Source of the DNA: Chrysomallon squamiferum
Taxonomy: Eukaryota > Animalia > Mollusca
DNA: 64,000 nt
Assembly: GCA_012295275.1 (NCBI GenBank)
Contig: CM022679.1
Coordinates: forward strand, 20,026,001-20,090,000
Direction: 5' to 3'
Part shown: positions 14,907 through 41,415 of the stretch, one piece after another
Layout: the number at the start of each line of letters is the position of its first letter
Position numbering within the stretch: position 1 is the stretch's first letter
Made by a program: the position numbers and the translations under genes
The notes under the pieces: generated by a model
What the model was told of the DNA's origin: nothing
The model's database searches: none
What the model saw: the letters and a program-made list of their open reading frames with translations, nothing else

Positions 14907-15072
14907 CAAAAGCAGTAAATTAAAGTAATAACAATAATTTCAATATTAAAATGCTGGTCTGAATGAAATACTAAAAATTAAAATATGTACAGAGAAACAA
15001 AATTATTTTTACATTTTTAAATGTCTTAGTAAATTTCGGGGAAAAAAGAAGATGGAAAAAGTGACCACTTAC

Positions 15073-15590
15073 TTGCAATATGTAAATGATCCAACATGTA
15101 TGAAAGAAGTTTGTGCGTCCCATTTCCATCAGAATATATGTTTAGGATTTCAGGGGCCAAGGGATTTCCTTTCAAGCCTGGAAAAAATAAATTAACACAC
15201 AGCTGTACCAGACAACTTCGGGTATTTATAGATGCAGTAAGCTTACAATGAAATTAATGTACAATTGAAACCTTAACAAAATTTTAAAATTAAAATTCTC
15301 AATACTGTTCGTACTGAGATGCGTTCTTACCAAATAAAACACTACAAAACACTTTATACTGAAGCACAGATTTCATCAAACGTTACTTAATCAATCTCAG
15401 GGGAAAAGATATATTAATAAAATATCTGAATTTATCTTGATCACTGAAAATTAGCAAGTGTTTCACAATACAAAATTTAATTAAAGACACATTATTATTT
15501 TCTCAGACAACTTATACAAATTTAGTATATAGAATTTTAAAAATTGTTTTCTTACAGATTAATCATGCAGTACAAGAATATAATATAAAA

Positions 15591-15629
<39 letters not shown>

Positions 15630-18455
15630 AATAAAAATAAAAATAAAACAATGGTCTTTATTCCATTTTCTGTTAGCAAATTATTACTATTTGATGAAAT
15701 GACAAAATAATTTTATCCTTATTGAGTAATTCATACTATTAAATGTACGTCTAGAGTCACTTTATTTACAGTATTTCATTACATAAATTTATCTTTTGGA
15801 TTTATGATCCAATGTTTTTTTCCTAAGAATATATTTTATATAAACAATTTTCTTGAGATATATTTATTCACACTATACTTTTTTTTAACATTTACTTGTA
15901 CTAGCTTTGCAAACACTTACACATTTTTCTTAAATTGTTTATAAATGAACTATAATATATAAAATTCATTCATTTTTGACAGTAACTTGTTTAGAAATAA
16001 CATTTTAATGAATGTTGATTTTAGTTTTATTAATTACACTAGTAGATGATGGAGTGTAGTTTGGAATATGCAACATTCTTCTGTTAGTATATTTCATCAC
16101 AATCCATAGTATTAATATTGGTCAACAAATGTCAAAAATATTATTTTAAATGTACTGCTTGCAGTACAAACAAAAATGCTATTAACAACTCAAAAAATCT
16201 CAATATTACTAAAGGGAGATAACCAATGTGTGTGAAGCCAAATAATAATAATAATACAGAAACTGTGTAAAAAAGGTTATTCTGAAAGCAGAATGAAACA
16301 ATTTTAATCATTTTAATTCCATTTAATGTTTTAGTTGTTTTTTTGGAAATATGAATTATGTTATGCAGATAACAATTCTCATATTAACAAAATATGTAAA
16401 ATCTATCTGAAAAAAATAATTGTATTTTTGATATATTCAAAATTTTACCACTGAAATGATTTCCATTTTTCATTTTCTCTCATATAAAATTGTGCTGATT
16501 TCACTCACATTGAAATCTGTATATTTCAGTTAACTTATCAGCTATTTGTTAAGAAATGTTCTTCAGGTCACCACAAAAGATATAGCTCAGTAATGTTAAA
16601 TCTTCATACAGTAAACAATTTTATTAATATTTATATTTTTAAAATCATAATAAATTAAGAATTCACTTTAGCATTCACCAATTGGATAACCATTATCACA
16701 TAAATTATGTAATAGTTTGTATTTATGTGGAAAGTACAAAAATATATATATATTCTACATAAATCAATGAAATCTAATGCAACTTGGGCAAAGTATAGGC
16801 TTCAAATTTTATTTGTAAGGACATGTTTGTGATTTGCTAAATCATTATTTTAAAATAAATGATTCAAATTCATGGATGTATAAATCAACAAGCATGCCAT
16901 GTAGAAGTTTTCTGAAGTGGAAAAGATGACCAAAGTACTGGATATATTTTACAACACTTGAAAACTTTATTTTTAAAAATTATTCATTACTTTTTATAGT
17001 AAGTATCATGTAAGTTGCAAAATAAATGTCTGATGCTACATACAATAAGAAAAAAGAAAATGTAATATCTCTCTATCATAAAAAGAAACAAAAGTATTTG
17101 GTTTCAGAACTGTTAAAAATATTTGTCAATTAATGGGAGGCTATAAAAAATAAAATCTTCTGTTTATATGCTAATTATTCATAACTTTCATCCTTTATGC
17201 CATTTAGCATTAATAATGATGCTGTTCATTAATGAGACATTTAATTTTATTTTAATAATTTAAGCACAAGATTATAAATATGCAAGTAAAATTATTATTC
17301 CAAACACTTGACTATATATTTATCTCATTATTTCTCTACTTATAAATATTTAAATGATATTATATATGCCAGTTGTAGTTATTTCTGTCACTACAAATTG
17401 AATTTGTTGCTATCACTTGAAGACAAACAAGTGTTAAATTAAACATAATCTGAAAGTCTTACCCAAAGTCTGCAACTGAAACAGGTTGCCGAGTTCGTAT
17501 GGCAGTACTCTCAGATAGTTGTGATTAAGAAGAAGCTCACGAAGACTGACAAGTTCTCCAAGTTCGGAAGGCAAACTGCGTAGCTTATTAGATGACAGAT
17601 CGAGATAAGTAAGATGATTCAGTTTTGCTATGTCTGGTGGCAAATGGCTTAAATTGTTGTCGTTTAAATAGAGTGATGTCAAATGTCTAAGTTTCCACAG
17701 CTCGGGACCCAGATTACGAACTGGTCCTAAGATAAAAATATAAAATATTTCTTAAAATAAAGGTTTAAGAAAGCTGCCTAATAGAAGATGTTTTACAAAA
17801 TCTCAGCAAAAAACATTTTATTCAAGATTCATCCATTCAGTTTTTATATATATTGTTTGACATATGAATACCAATTAAAAACAAATTAATTGTATATGTA
17901 ATATATTTTAAAGTTATGTTAATTAATAATGAATACTTAATTCTTAAAAAGAAAAAAAAATATATATAAAAAATATTCTTAAAATGGTCTCTTTGTCTGT
18001 CTTTTTATCAAAATTCATAATACATACTCTAAATAATGGAATTAACATGCCTCTAAGTTAATGCAAGAAAATTCTCTTTGTGATTATACTTCCTAATAAA
18101 ACTGTTTTAACAATTAAAGAATATATCTGAATAATAGATATCTGTTCTAAGATCAACTTAGCTATATAGTTTGATACCAATCATAAATTAAAATATAAGT
18201 TACTTTGTCCTTTAAACTTGGCTAATTTCCAACAAGCATGTTCATACACAGAGAGCACATATAAAAATCCTTCTTGTAAAAATCTATTATTCTTAAATTA
18301 GAATAAAATAAATACAAGACTGCACAAAATATCAAAAACAGACCACATATTTCCAACTCAGTCCAGGAAGACTTCTTGCCAGCAAGCTGCTCATCCTGAG
18401 ACATGATTTTGTGACACCTTCGTGGATTTGGTGATTCATATTTTTCTTTAGGCAT
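15073..18455 (-). CDS. CNOT6: CCR4-NOT subunit 6 (CCR4/CNOT6/6L deadenylase), N-terminal LRR-coding exons; the EEP nuclease exons lie outside the window
   Basis: Exons 18455-18344 (MPKEKYESPNPRRCHKIMS...KKSSWTELEICG), 17726-17463 (PVRNLGPELWKLRHLTSLYLNDNNLSHLPPDIAKL...LSSNKLRSLPSELG...LPYELGNLFQLQTLG) and 15177-15073 (LKGNPLAPEILNIY...LLSYMLDHL). All GT-AG, phase 1. The MPKEKY start and LRR text match CNOT6. Confidence 0.95.
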
Positions 18456-20242
18456 TTTTCTTGGAAGGAGTACTAGAAAACAAAGCAGAAAGTAAAAGAT
18501 CAGATTAATTAAATAAATCAGTTTAAAAACACTGTCATGTAACATTTTATTTCATTTTAATTATTACTGACATAATAAATATTTTTACATTTATGTGAAT
18601 TCTTATTTCAATACATTATCTGCTACATAAAGAAAAATAAATACTTTTGGCTGTGTGTAACTTTTTGCATTAATTTATGACAATGAATTTACTAAATTTG
18701 AACCTGTAATTCCTTCAGAAATTATATCTTATCTCCTAATGCTTATCACTGTGAAACTGTGTCATATTTTTTAAAATTTATCTCTGCAGAAAAATAAAAT
18801 TGATTTAAATAAATAAATTAATATATAAATGTTTGCATTATTTCTTTTTATCATTTTAATTTCATGTACATATATAAATTGTATTAACAAACGTGTTGCC
18901 AGTTGGCTGCTTGGTTGGTTTTTTATTTTAAATTTAGTAAAATTTATCAACAAGCATTTATTCTGACAAAATTATTTATGAGGACAAAATGACCCATTTC
19001 AATTTCTGAGATTAAAATTTACATAAATATAATTTAAAAGTAAATAAAAAGAAATAAAATCTTGTTATGTCACAACCTTCCTGTTTATTTTTATTTCAAT
19101 GTATCAACAGTTTATGAAATTATAAAATTATTTATTATTATCTCAAATAAAAGGAAAAGTTATAGAAGGAAAGACTATAAAGCTGTTCTTTTTTTCTTCT
19201 GAAAAAAAAGAAAAAAGTCTTATAATGCATTTTATAAATTAAGGTAAAATATGATAGATAAGAGTTTTGATCGTTTTTCTTTGTTTTAATGTGTTATAAC
19301 ATAAACAAAAAACCCCAAAACTGTAGGTTAATTAAAAAATGTACACTGTTTAAAGGTTTCTGTAACTAAGGTTGGTTTGGTAACAAAGATTAGGAAAACT
19401 ATTGAAATTATTCAACACTCCAGTCAGCTTTGAAATCAACAAAATGAACAAAAGAAATAATATACAAGAACTGATAACAGGTTTATAATGGAAAATATAC
19501 AAATTACAATATTTAAATAAAATGAAAAGTGGTTTAGTCATCATAACTTGACAAGATGTTAACAACAAGAAACAGTGTCAAATAACACCAGCTACCTCTA
19601 GTAATTATAGTAATAATTAAAATTAATTTTAGTTCAGTAATATAATTTACAGTTTATATAATTTTATTTCTGGAAACTTGGTGAAAACTAGTTGTGAAAT
19701 ATGCAAAATAATTTATGGAATATATCGTAGAGAAAACGCATCAAATTTACAAAGTGTTAAAATCAGGTGTTATATTTATTATAATAAAATACCTGCTATT
19801 AATATTTTAAAAGAATACAACAACAATGAAAACTGAAAGCCATGTTTCTTAATTATAATAATCAGAAAAAAAAAAAATTTGCAGTTACTTATAAGATTCA
19901 TCTATAAAAATAATTGATTGAAGACTGGGATAAATTCCAAATTTTAGAAACTATCATCCAGCTGCAGTATTGTAAATTGGGCCACTTTTCTTTCTGATCT
20001 AGTTCTTAATGTCAATAAATTCTTAATAAATAAATAAAGTGTAAATTAGAGTTCTTTAAAAAATAAATGGAAGTCTTTATAGAGATTGTTATAATTGTAA
20101 CAGATAAAATTTATTGTGAAAGGATCATCATACTTCATTTTAAGTAAATTATCTAAATATAATGTAACTGAATAATAAAAGTAAAAACAAGAGAAAATTG
20201 TAGTCCCAGTAAACAATCAATAACACACTTCATAACAAACAA

Positions 20243-20246
<4 letters not shown>

Positions 20247-20309
<63 letters not shown>
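20247..20309. repeat. (GA)n microsatellite
   Basis: Direct reading. Confidence 0.95.
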
Positions 20310-20312
<3 letters not shown>

Positions 20313-20499
20313 TCTTTAAAGTTCTTAAGTTCGTACAATGTCGCATTATCATTCAGTCGACAGTCAGTCACTGGTAATTTAAACTGCTAATGAATAAGCA
20401 TTTTATAACATTATCCCTTTTACAACCACAAGGTGGATGAAAATCAATATATGTTTATAAAATTTTTAAGTTTTAAATTACAACATTTTTTAAAAACAA

Positions 20500-20984
20500 A
20501 AAAGGTAAATAATAAATATCGTGCCCTTTTACTGTCCTACTTCCCGTTTCAGATACCAATCATTGGTTAAAAGACAATTTAAATTTCATAAAAATAATAT
20601 ATTTTATCTTCCCTAACACATTATTTAAATACCTTCATCTATATTCCCAAAAAGCTAGCTGTCTATGATATATTTTTTTCAAATCAGCTGTTATATTCCA
20701 CTTTATTTAGTATTCTACCATTAAAAACGAATATGGCTGACTCAGGAAGGAGAATATTGAAAGAAACATTTCTATTGGCCAATTTGGGGGAAATCCCTTT
20801 AAAAAAAATCACATAATATTTATTAAATCACACAAACAAAAACAAAAAATCAAATGATAATGTTAATTATATTTTTAATTAGAAATAAGAATATAAAAAT
20901 AGGCTAACCGTTTTAAAAAACAAAAAAAAAATAAAAAATAACGATTTTTGCATTTGTACCAAATTGGTAATCTCCCTTACAAAC
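20500..20984. promoter_or_regulatory. Probable divergent promoter region shared by CNOT6 (-) and MRPL1 (+)
   Basis: Head-to-head genes. The CNOT6 ATG exon begins with an acceptor (18472), so a non-coding first exon lies upstream. CCAAT/ATTGG motifs near 20556-20567 and 20775-20784; candidate minus-strand donor AAG|GTATTT near 20631. Confidence 0.4.
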
Positions 20985-23900
20985 ATGTCCGCTATCAGTG
21001 TTCTTCGAGGTATTTCTCATTGATTTATAATTTCATCATGGCATATTATATTATTAGTTTAAATATATTTATTTTGGCTTTGCTTAGAGAAATTTATCAG
21101 TTAGAAAACCGTCGTTGATGCTGTTGTGATAAGTCCATAAAATAAATACAGTTAAAAATTGTAAAATACTAAAATGACATTTGAAATTGACCTATAATGA
21201 TAATCTATATTCAATGTTAAGAGGGCGTGGAAATTAAAGGATACAACTCACTAACTGTTTATCTGGCTACTGATTAAGATCGTCTAAATTAATTCAGTTT
21301 AATTCTGATGACTGAATAAAAATATTTTCATTTTATCAGGCATACTGACCTTATCAAAATGAATGTTGTATGATAATATTAATAATGACTACTAAAAATA
21401 AAATGATACAACTATCGGCATTCATTGATATATATATATATATAATTCAAATTGTCAGCAGTGATCTATATGTGTATATGTCTGTCTATACATGCAGATA
21501 TTTAAATGCCTTTAATTTATTTTTTGTGTCCAGCCTTGAAGCCATTTCTAGTTTCTTCTTTGAGAACTGCATGTATTAATAATCATGCTAAAAGTTCAGC
21601 AGCTTGTTACGTACCAGTTCGACACAAGACAACTAAAAATCAAAGAAAGAAGACACCACATGTTGCTCAAGAGAAAGAAAAATGGACAAAAAAATCAGTA
21701 AAACAAACGTAATTATTGATTTAATCATTTATTTATTCATTAACTTACTGTGTATCTATGACTTACCAGTGTATCTTCAAGTTCTTTATTTGCACAGTAG
21801 TATACCATAACAGATAAAGTATAATATACAGTATATTTTATGTTTTTATCTTTTTGTTTAATTTATTATAAAAACTGGTTTATAATAATAATAACAACAA
21901 CAGTATGTTGATTATGATGGTGATCTTTAATAGTTATTGTTTTATTGCCCCACAATCAAGATTAAGATTTTTCCTTTTATACCTGCAATTATTCCTTTAA
22001 TGTATGTATATACTTTTAGGATAAAATACAACTTTTTAGATAATGTGATAAATTAAAAACAAACCAAAAATATTGAAACTGAAAATTCAATAAGGTACAA
22101 ACTAACCAAAATAACTCTGCAACATTAACTGTAAGAGATAAACCAACCATCTATAAATAATATTCTGATGGTATAAATAATTAATATGATAACCTTGTTT
22201 TCTCAAGTGACACAAAGGATACAAGAGCAACAGAAACAGAAGCCTGGTTGTCAAGAAAACCTGTAGATGATGTTTGGATCAGGACATATTACCCACGCCC
22301 CAGGTATTCCCTGGAAGAGGCAGTTAACATGCACAGAGAATATGCAGTTCCAGCCATGTTGGATAATTCAGAGGGAGTTTTATATGGAGACATGGATTTA
22401 GATATGACAACTTCTAAAAAGGTTTGACCTGTCTGAAAATTCAGATATTCATATCTAATAAAGTCATAACACGGAAACAAAAATGTCAGTTCTGCTCTTC
22501 TAACAAAATCTAGAAACATAGGATTTTATCATTTGACATTTGGTTCTTATCTTTTACATAAATTGTTTAGAACAAGGAAATCAGTATCAGTTACATGTAT
22601 GTACTACTTTAACCTAAACTCAGCAGATAAAAGAAAAAATTTAAAACAACTAAAAACTCAAAACAATGAATCTGTGACTACATGTACATATATACAGACA
22701 CTCATTTATATATATGTGAAAAAAAAAAAAAAATTGCAAACCACAACAAAATAATGGAATAGATTATAGAAGTAGAAATTAATCCATGATATCAACCATT
22801 AATACATTTATCATTATTATTGTTTAATTTCAGACCAAGTTCTTAAAGTCTGTGTATGCAACTATTATACCACCACACCAGTTTGACGACGGAAGTCCAA
22901 AGAGATTTGCTGTTTTCTGTAAGGTGTGAAATTTATGAAATAATTCCAAAATTATTTAGTTATAAAATAAGAAAATTTATATTGTAATTATCATGTGCAA
23001 ACACTATAGTATACATGCAAAAACAAGGACATACTATATATGCAATTACAGTGATATGTTAATATAATTGTATGTAATATTTTTGTTTAGAAACCAGAAG
23101 ACACGGAAAAAGCCAAGCAGCTAAATGCAGAGTATGTTGGTGATGTTGAACTTGTCAGAAAGGTATCACAAGATTATTTGTATTTTTGTTTTAATTTTTA
23201 AAATATTACTTAAATGTGACTCTTATTTCTATGTTATTTTCTAATATCTATGAATTGTGAATTATGATACTCCCTTTGAAGAAAAAAGTAAAGGGTGGAT
23301 ATGTAAGACTATTTTGTTAGATAATTTGCATTAATGTTTTATTACATTTTGGACATTTTAAAAAAAATTCCATTTAGAAAATAATTTTTTTTAATGTTTT
23401 GTTGTAGATTCAAGATGGTGAAATAGATGTTTCAGATTTTGAGTTTGCAATCTGCACACCTGATATATTTGTGGAACTAATTCCAATAAGAACCATACTG
23501 AAAAGTAAATTTCCTAACAAAGGAAAAGGTAAAAGTCTATTTTATTGCTGTTATTCAAATATCAAATAACAAACTATTTTAGTGATTATGCAAGTTTAAT
23601 CTGCTAAAAAAAAAAAAAATGACATCCCAAAAATACTGATTGTGAAAAGAAGTGATATTAAGTTATGAAATAAGATTAAAGATACCAGTTTAACATTGAT
23701 CTGTTTCACTTTATAGAAGTTTATAACATGCTCAAATCTGAAAATGTCAAACGTTTTAGCTGAGCTTTAGTTTGACGTTTGAATTTCAGTATGGTTTCTA
23801 TATGATGATTTATGAGAAAGAAAAAAGGTTAAAATTATCTTTAATAAGTAATTTCTATTTATATTTTTACAGATGACATGAACAGAAAATTGTGAAATTT

Positions 23901-25101
23901 AAAATGTTTAATGTGTTGTTTACAATGACAATTACAGGTAACCTGGGTGCAGACATAGCAGCAATGATGGATTATTTTAGAAAAGGTGTTTCCTATGAGT
24001 CGGTTAAACAGACAGATGCTCTCAGCAAAGTGCAAGTTCCTTTTGGCAGAGTGAGTTTTATTTTCTTTAACACAAATTATATTCAGTCTGATTGTATACA
24101 GAGTACTGAATTTTATCTAAACTTACTGATAGTTTGTGAAGCTCAGATCTTAATCTTCTCAAAACTATTTATTTAGTCTTCCTTTTATGCAAGCTTTTCA
24201 TGAAGAAATTCTTTGTATTTTTACTGATTATCTGTAACAAAAACTAATCAGAGTAGTGAGTGTTATCCAATATTACTGATTGTTTGTGAAGATATTATCT
24301 TAACCTTTCCATTATTTGAACGTGTCTTTCATTTCTTCTGAATTTTGAGGGAGAGATTAATTTTATTACTGTATAGTGTCAGTTTGTCATGAGAACGCTT
24401 TATTTTGTTGATATATTACACAACTGTTGTTTTTTAAGTTATAAAAAGCATCTGATACTAAGTAGATTTTATTTTCTTAAAATGTATTTACAAAGTAATT
24501 ATTATTGTTATTATTATTATTGTTGTTATTATTACTATTAATATTATTGTTTTGTTTCTTTTCAGTTCTTTTTGAAATGCTTGATATGTAATGATTTTGT
24601 TTTTCATTTATTTTTGCAGTTAAATATGACAGATGAACAATTAAAGGAAAATTTACAGGCTGTAATCCAATCTTTAAGCAAGAACAGGCCAGAAAAATTA
24701 GGTAATTCTTTTTTGGTGCCATCTTGGATAACTATAAAAAAAATAAAATAAAGTATCTTGATTTGTTATCTTCTATTAATTTTATTTGTCTTTATTATAA
24801 ATGATGGTTGGGTATGAGGGTCAAATAAAAGTTATCTACAAAACCACAGGTACTCTTTTGACATAGTTGCAATAAATAATTAAAATATTCTCTATCTCAT
24901 ATCTGTTATTTTAAATAATCTGAATTTTTATTTACAGGTCCATTTGTGAAAAAGATATTTGTTATTGCACCTCCATCTACAGAAAGGTTTATGTTGAAGG
25001 TGGAAGATTACGTTCCTGGCTTCAAAACTAAGAAGTCTGTGGTTGTGGACGAGGATTCGGATGAAGAAACAGAGGAACTGAAAAATGTGGATGCAAATTA
25101 A
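20985..25101 (+). CDS. MRPL1: Mitochondrial large-subunit ribosomal protein uL1m (MRPL1), 351 aa, 9 exons
   Basis: Exons 20985-21009, 21534-21708, 22208-22421, 22834-22923, 23091-23162, 23408-23528, 23938-24050, 24620-24701, 24938-25101; phases consistent, 1056 nt. Motifs PVDDVWIRTYYPRPRYSLEEAV, AVFCK, VQVPFGRLNMTDEQLKENL. Basic mitochondrial-presequence-like N-terminus. Confidence 0.9.
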
Positions 25102-25179
25102 TTTAAATTTGAAGAAATGTTTTTATAAACTTGAAAGTAAATGGTAGAAACTTGTTTTGTACAGCTGTGTGTAACCAGT

Positions 25180-25185
25180 AATAAA
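25180..25185 (+). terminator. Likely MRPL1 polyadenylation signal AATAAA
   Basis: First AATAAA about 80 nt after the stop codon. Confidence 0.5.
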
Positions 25186-27305
25186 AGAAAGAAAATTAAT
25201 ATTGTTTATTGGTTTGCATTACTGTTAGAGATGAAGGTATTCACTGATAATCAGCAAGTTTAATAACACACTAAACTATTGAGGTAAAAGGGTGGGTTTT
25301 CATTTTTAATATTTGTTGGGGAAAACATTTCAAGAGTTTACATTTTGGTATTGTTGGTGAAGAGTTGCAACATCTGTATCAACAAACTATTCGACTTTCC
25401 AGGACAGCTACTCAGAAAGTTGCATCCATATTGGTTCAGACAAACCAAAAATAAGGCCATTGTTTAACACAAAAAATTATGAAAGAAATAAAAATACAAA
25501 TGTCTAGGAAAACAATTCATCCAGCAGCAATGATAAATTATCAAGCTTTGTTTTATTTATAATCCCAGAAATAATTCATTTGTTGTTCACTAAAAATAAA
25601 ACAAACTCAATAAGTGGTAAAAGTACTTTTTATAAATATACCATCATTTGTTATATGTGAAGCTATATAATATTAGCAGAATAAATTGCTTGTCACTGGT
25701 TCATTTATTTTACAAACTATTATGGACATTAAAAACAGAATCATTGTGCATTATTATTTTTGTTTAATTTTCAGTTTGTCTTCACACAGCCGCAGTCAAT
25801 TTAAAAAAAAATTAATATAATGATTTACTGTTGTCATTTTACATGGACTTGTTACAGCTATTAAAAATAAAAAATAAAACCACTTAGACCAGACTTAAAA
25901 TATTCATCAAATGTATATTTCTATTAATAAACATGTTTTCCAGCCATTAAAAAATAAATTTATGTTGCAAATTTAGACAATGGTGATGATGAATATTTTT
26001 TTTTTTTTTTTACTAAATACGTATACAAAATGTCAAAAGTACATTACTGATTCATACATTCAATAAATGTCACAAAACAGAAACAGATAAACTTGTTATT
26101 TTTGTATATTTTACTTAGGTTTTTTTTTAAGTTGCAATAAGTAATTAAACTACCTTATTAGCATACATATTTTTTTTTTTTCATTTTTGAGCAGAAATAA
26201 TTAAGACAGAAATATTTAGATGAAATTCATCAGTTAAATAAATGTATTTGAGGAAAGGTTCGCATATATAAATAAAAAAAAACATTTTCTGATAATTCAA
26301 AAATGGGATTACATTATTTATTTCACCATTTTAAAATTCACTATAGAAATATATTATGAAATACAAATCCATACCATTTCCAACCAAACTGTAACAATAG
26401 CAAATGACACTAAATTAAACAGGATAATAATGTAATTATGACATGTACATGTTTGATAATAAATTATGTATGATCAATCTACGGGACTGAAACTGTTCTG
26501 GATAGCAATGAAATGGATTAAACATCAAACTTCAACATTTTCTGACAGCAACTATTATACAACTGGAAAATGTTTATGAATTTTGATATCTCTTACAAAC
26601 ACTATTTCAAGTTAGTATTTTTACAGATGTTGGTACTTTTTCTAAAACAAATATCAATTTAGAACACTAACTCAATACAACTTATCCATATTTTATTTAC
26701 AGGGAATATATTACCTGCTGTCCTAATCTGGATAGAATTATCAAAAAAACTGTACTGGAGTATTATTAATCATTTAAAGACAGGAATTGATACAGAATAA
26801 AATGAACAAAAAGAGAAATATTGGAGAAATTCTATCAGACCTATATTGCTTCTGTTAACTTACAAGATAGATACTAAGAGTTGTGTTTACGAAATTCTGG
26901 ATCACAAGTGAAATAGTGGAGAACTAATTCACTACTATAGAAATTATTATTTTATCTAATTATAATTGGAAGAGAATCAAATACAAATACTGTTCTAGAA
27001 AACACTTGTCTAATTTAAGTTTTGTTTTATTTCAGTCCTAATTTTTAAGGGTACATTCTGATTACAAAGAGATGAATTTCTTACTGGCACTCAACACTAT
27101 CACCATAACACAGCAAACTGTGCAAACAAATACATTAATTACGGTGGAGAAAGTGCTGAAATCTATTTTGCACTATGATAAATTTGATAATCAGAAAGAA
27201 GCATAACACAATTAAAAACATCTGTCAAGTAACTTAACTAAAAGAGAAAGTCTGCAGAATGTGCTTGTTAGTTTTCAACACAGCAGAGCTAATTCAGATC
27301 CAGTA

Positions 27306-39437
<12,132 letters not shown>

Positions 39438-39559
39438 ATTTACAGTGAGACTAGTTTACTTACTTACAGGTACTGAGGCCAGATTTACAAACAAATATAC
39501 TTGCTTGATCTTCTATAATAATACGAAATCGTCAATCTCTAAAATATGGAGAAGTCCTC

Positions 39560-39690
39560 ACCTCATTGGCTACTACTCGTCCTTGACGTCACCTTCAAAT
39601 GGAGGTGTGTCGCACCATGTGATTAGATTCACCCAATGAAGAAAACATCCGTTCTAGCTCTTGTAAACAAGCAGAACACGTGGATTTACG
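39560..39690 (-). promoter_or_regulatory. GDH proximal promoter: CCAAT boxes, CRE, E-box
   Basis: ATTGG 39565-39569, perfect TGACGTCA 39584-39591, CCAAT 39633-39637, CACGTG 39677-39682. CpG-enriched, 130-250 nt upstream of the ATG. Confidence 0.6.
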
Positions 39691-39891
39691 CACTTATGTC
39701 TGACGAAAAGGTGCGAGGTTTTCCGAATGTTACTTTAAGGGGAATTATAGCCTAGAAAACCGTAATACCTGAGAAAATGGATAAATTGACCGAAATATTT
39801 GATGACGTTTTAATAAAGTCATAAATTTTCCAGATATCAATAATATTAATATTTTTATAGGGTCTGTATTTCTGTTTTTGATAAGGTAGAT

Positions 39892-39895
<4 letters not shown>

Positions 39896-39931
<36 letters not shown>
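39896..39931. repeat. (GA)n microsatellite
   Basis: Direct reading. Confidence 0.95.
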
Positions 39932-39933
<2 letters not shown>

Positions 39934-41048
39934 CATATCTAAAACAATAAATTCAATGCTTGAAATCGATTTCCCTAAAAAAGAAAACGAAGTAGTGTGC
40001 ACGTTTTCCTTTTTCTTTTTTAATTTCTTACTGACTTGTTATGATCGTTTATAAATTGTAATGTGTCTATGGTAATAATATTACGGAGATTAAAAACTTA
40101 AATTATTCACCAATTAAATATCATGACAAAGTTACAGTTTTTCTTTCGTCACCGGAGGCATATTCTATTTTTATTTTGTTATTTTGTACGGGTGAATTAT
40201 CTTCGACTTAAATGTTAATCAAATCACAATAATTTAAATACAGTATATGTGTATCTATGCAACCAAAAAAAAACAACGAATATTATATGTGTGTATCCAT
40301 ATGTTTGTGTAAATCGTAAAATCCAAACAAGGACGAATATAAAGAAAATATTAATAACCTTCAGTTATATCCTTGTAATTACAGAGAAAGACGAAGGGTG
40401 TTTGTATTACGTATTTAAATATAATGACGAATAAAGCACGGGTCTACGTGTTTCTACGTGAAATGAACATGCCCCAGCTAGGTGACCCGAGACATTCAGC
40501 GTTAAAGATAACAGTTCAGTGCACTCCTTAAAGGTGCTTGTTTGTCGTCTTCGAAAGACAAAAAGGATGTCATCGGTTAGCTTAAATTTCGGTCAATGGA
40601 ACAACGGACGTTCCTCACGTGACCGACCTCATAAAACAATAATGCATTTCTGAAAAATCGCGTGCCTTTGTATCTTCCTTGTATTATGTTATAGGGGAAA
40701 TTAAAAAAAAAAAAAATCCAGAAAAGATAAAGAAATCATAACGGAAGCTTGAAAAGGAAAGAAAGTGTATACATAAAAGAAACATAATTAAATCATTGTT
40801 TAGAGGGTGTTTAAGAAATGTTTTGTCTTTCAGGTTAATTTAAAAAAACAAACAAAAAGCCTAGATATGGTTAGCTAACAAAAATGAAATAAAGAAAAAA
40901 AAATAAAAAATAAAAAATAAAAAATAAATAAAAATAAAAATTACTATTATTATTATTCTGGAAATGGAATATTTCATCCTGAATAAAACTAAGAAACAGT
41001 TGTCATACAACACACTATGTGTGTTCTTGTGCATGTTTTATATATATA

Positions 41049-41079
<31 letters not shown>

Positions 41080-41102
41080 GTATATATATCTATATCTATA
41101 TA

Positions 41103-41207
41103 AATTTCATCAGTTGCACACACACCTCTCTATATATATGCATGTGTGTGTGTGCAACTGATGAAAAACAAAACTGAAACATTTTTATTAGAAATTTATA
41201 TATACAC

Positions 41208-41238
<31 letters not shown>

Positions 41239-41415
41239 AAAAGAGAGAGTGAGAGGTGTGCAACTGATGAAAAACAAAACTGAAACATTTTTATTAGAAA
41301 TTTATATATATAGATATATATACACCTCTCTCTCTCTCTCTCTATATATATATAAATAGAGAGAGAGAGGTGTGCAACTGATGAAAAACAAAACTGAAAC
41401 ATTTTATTAGAAATT
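41103..41415. repeat. Three tandem units of about 105-115 bp with internal microsatellites, plus an inverted partial copy
   Basis: GTGTGCAACTGATGAAAAACAAAACTGAAACATTTTTATTAGAAATTT at about 41150, 41256 and 41370; inverted TTTCATCAGTTGCACAC at about 41105. Confidence 0.9.

Noticed and set aside
41150-41415. Hammerhead ribozyme/retrozyme (tandem CTGATGA...GAAAC)
   Set aside because: The segment between the boxes (AAAACAAAACT) cannot form stem II, and no stem III or properly placed cleavage triplet is evident.
41150-41415. CRISPR-like array
   Set aside because: Eukaryotic context, no cas genes, and the spacers are related microsatellites.
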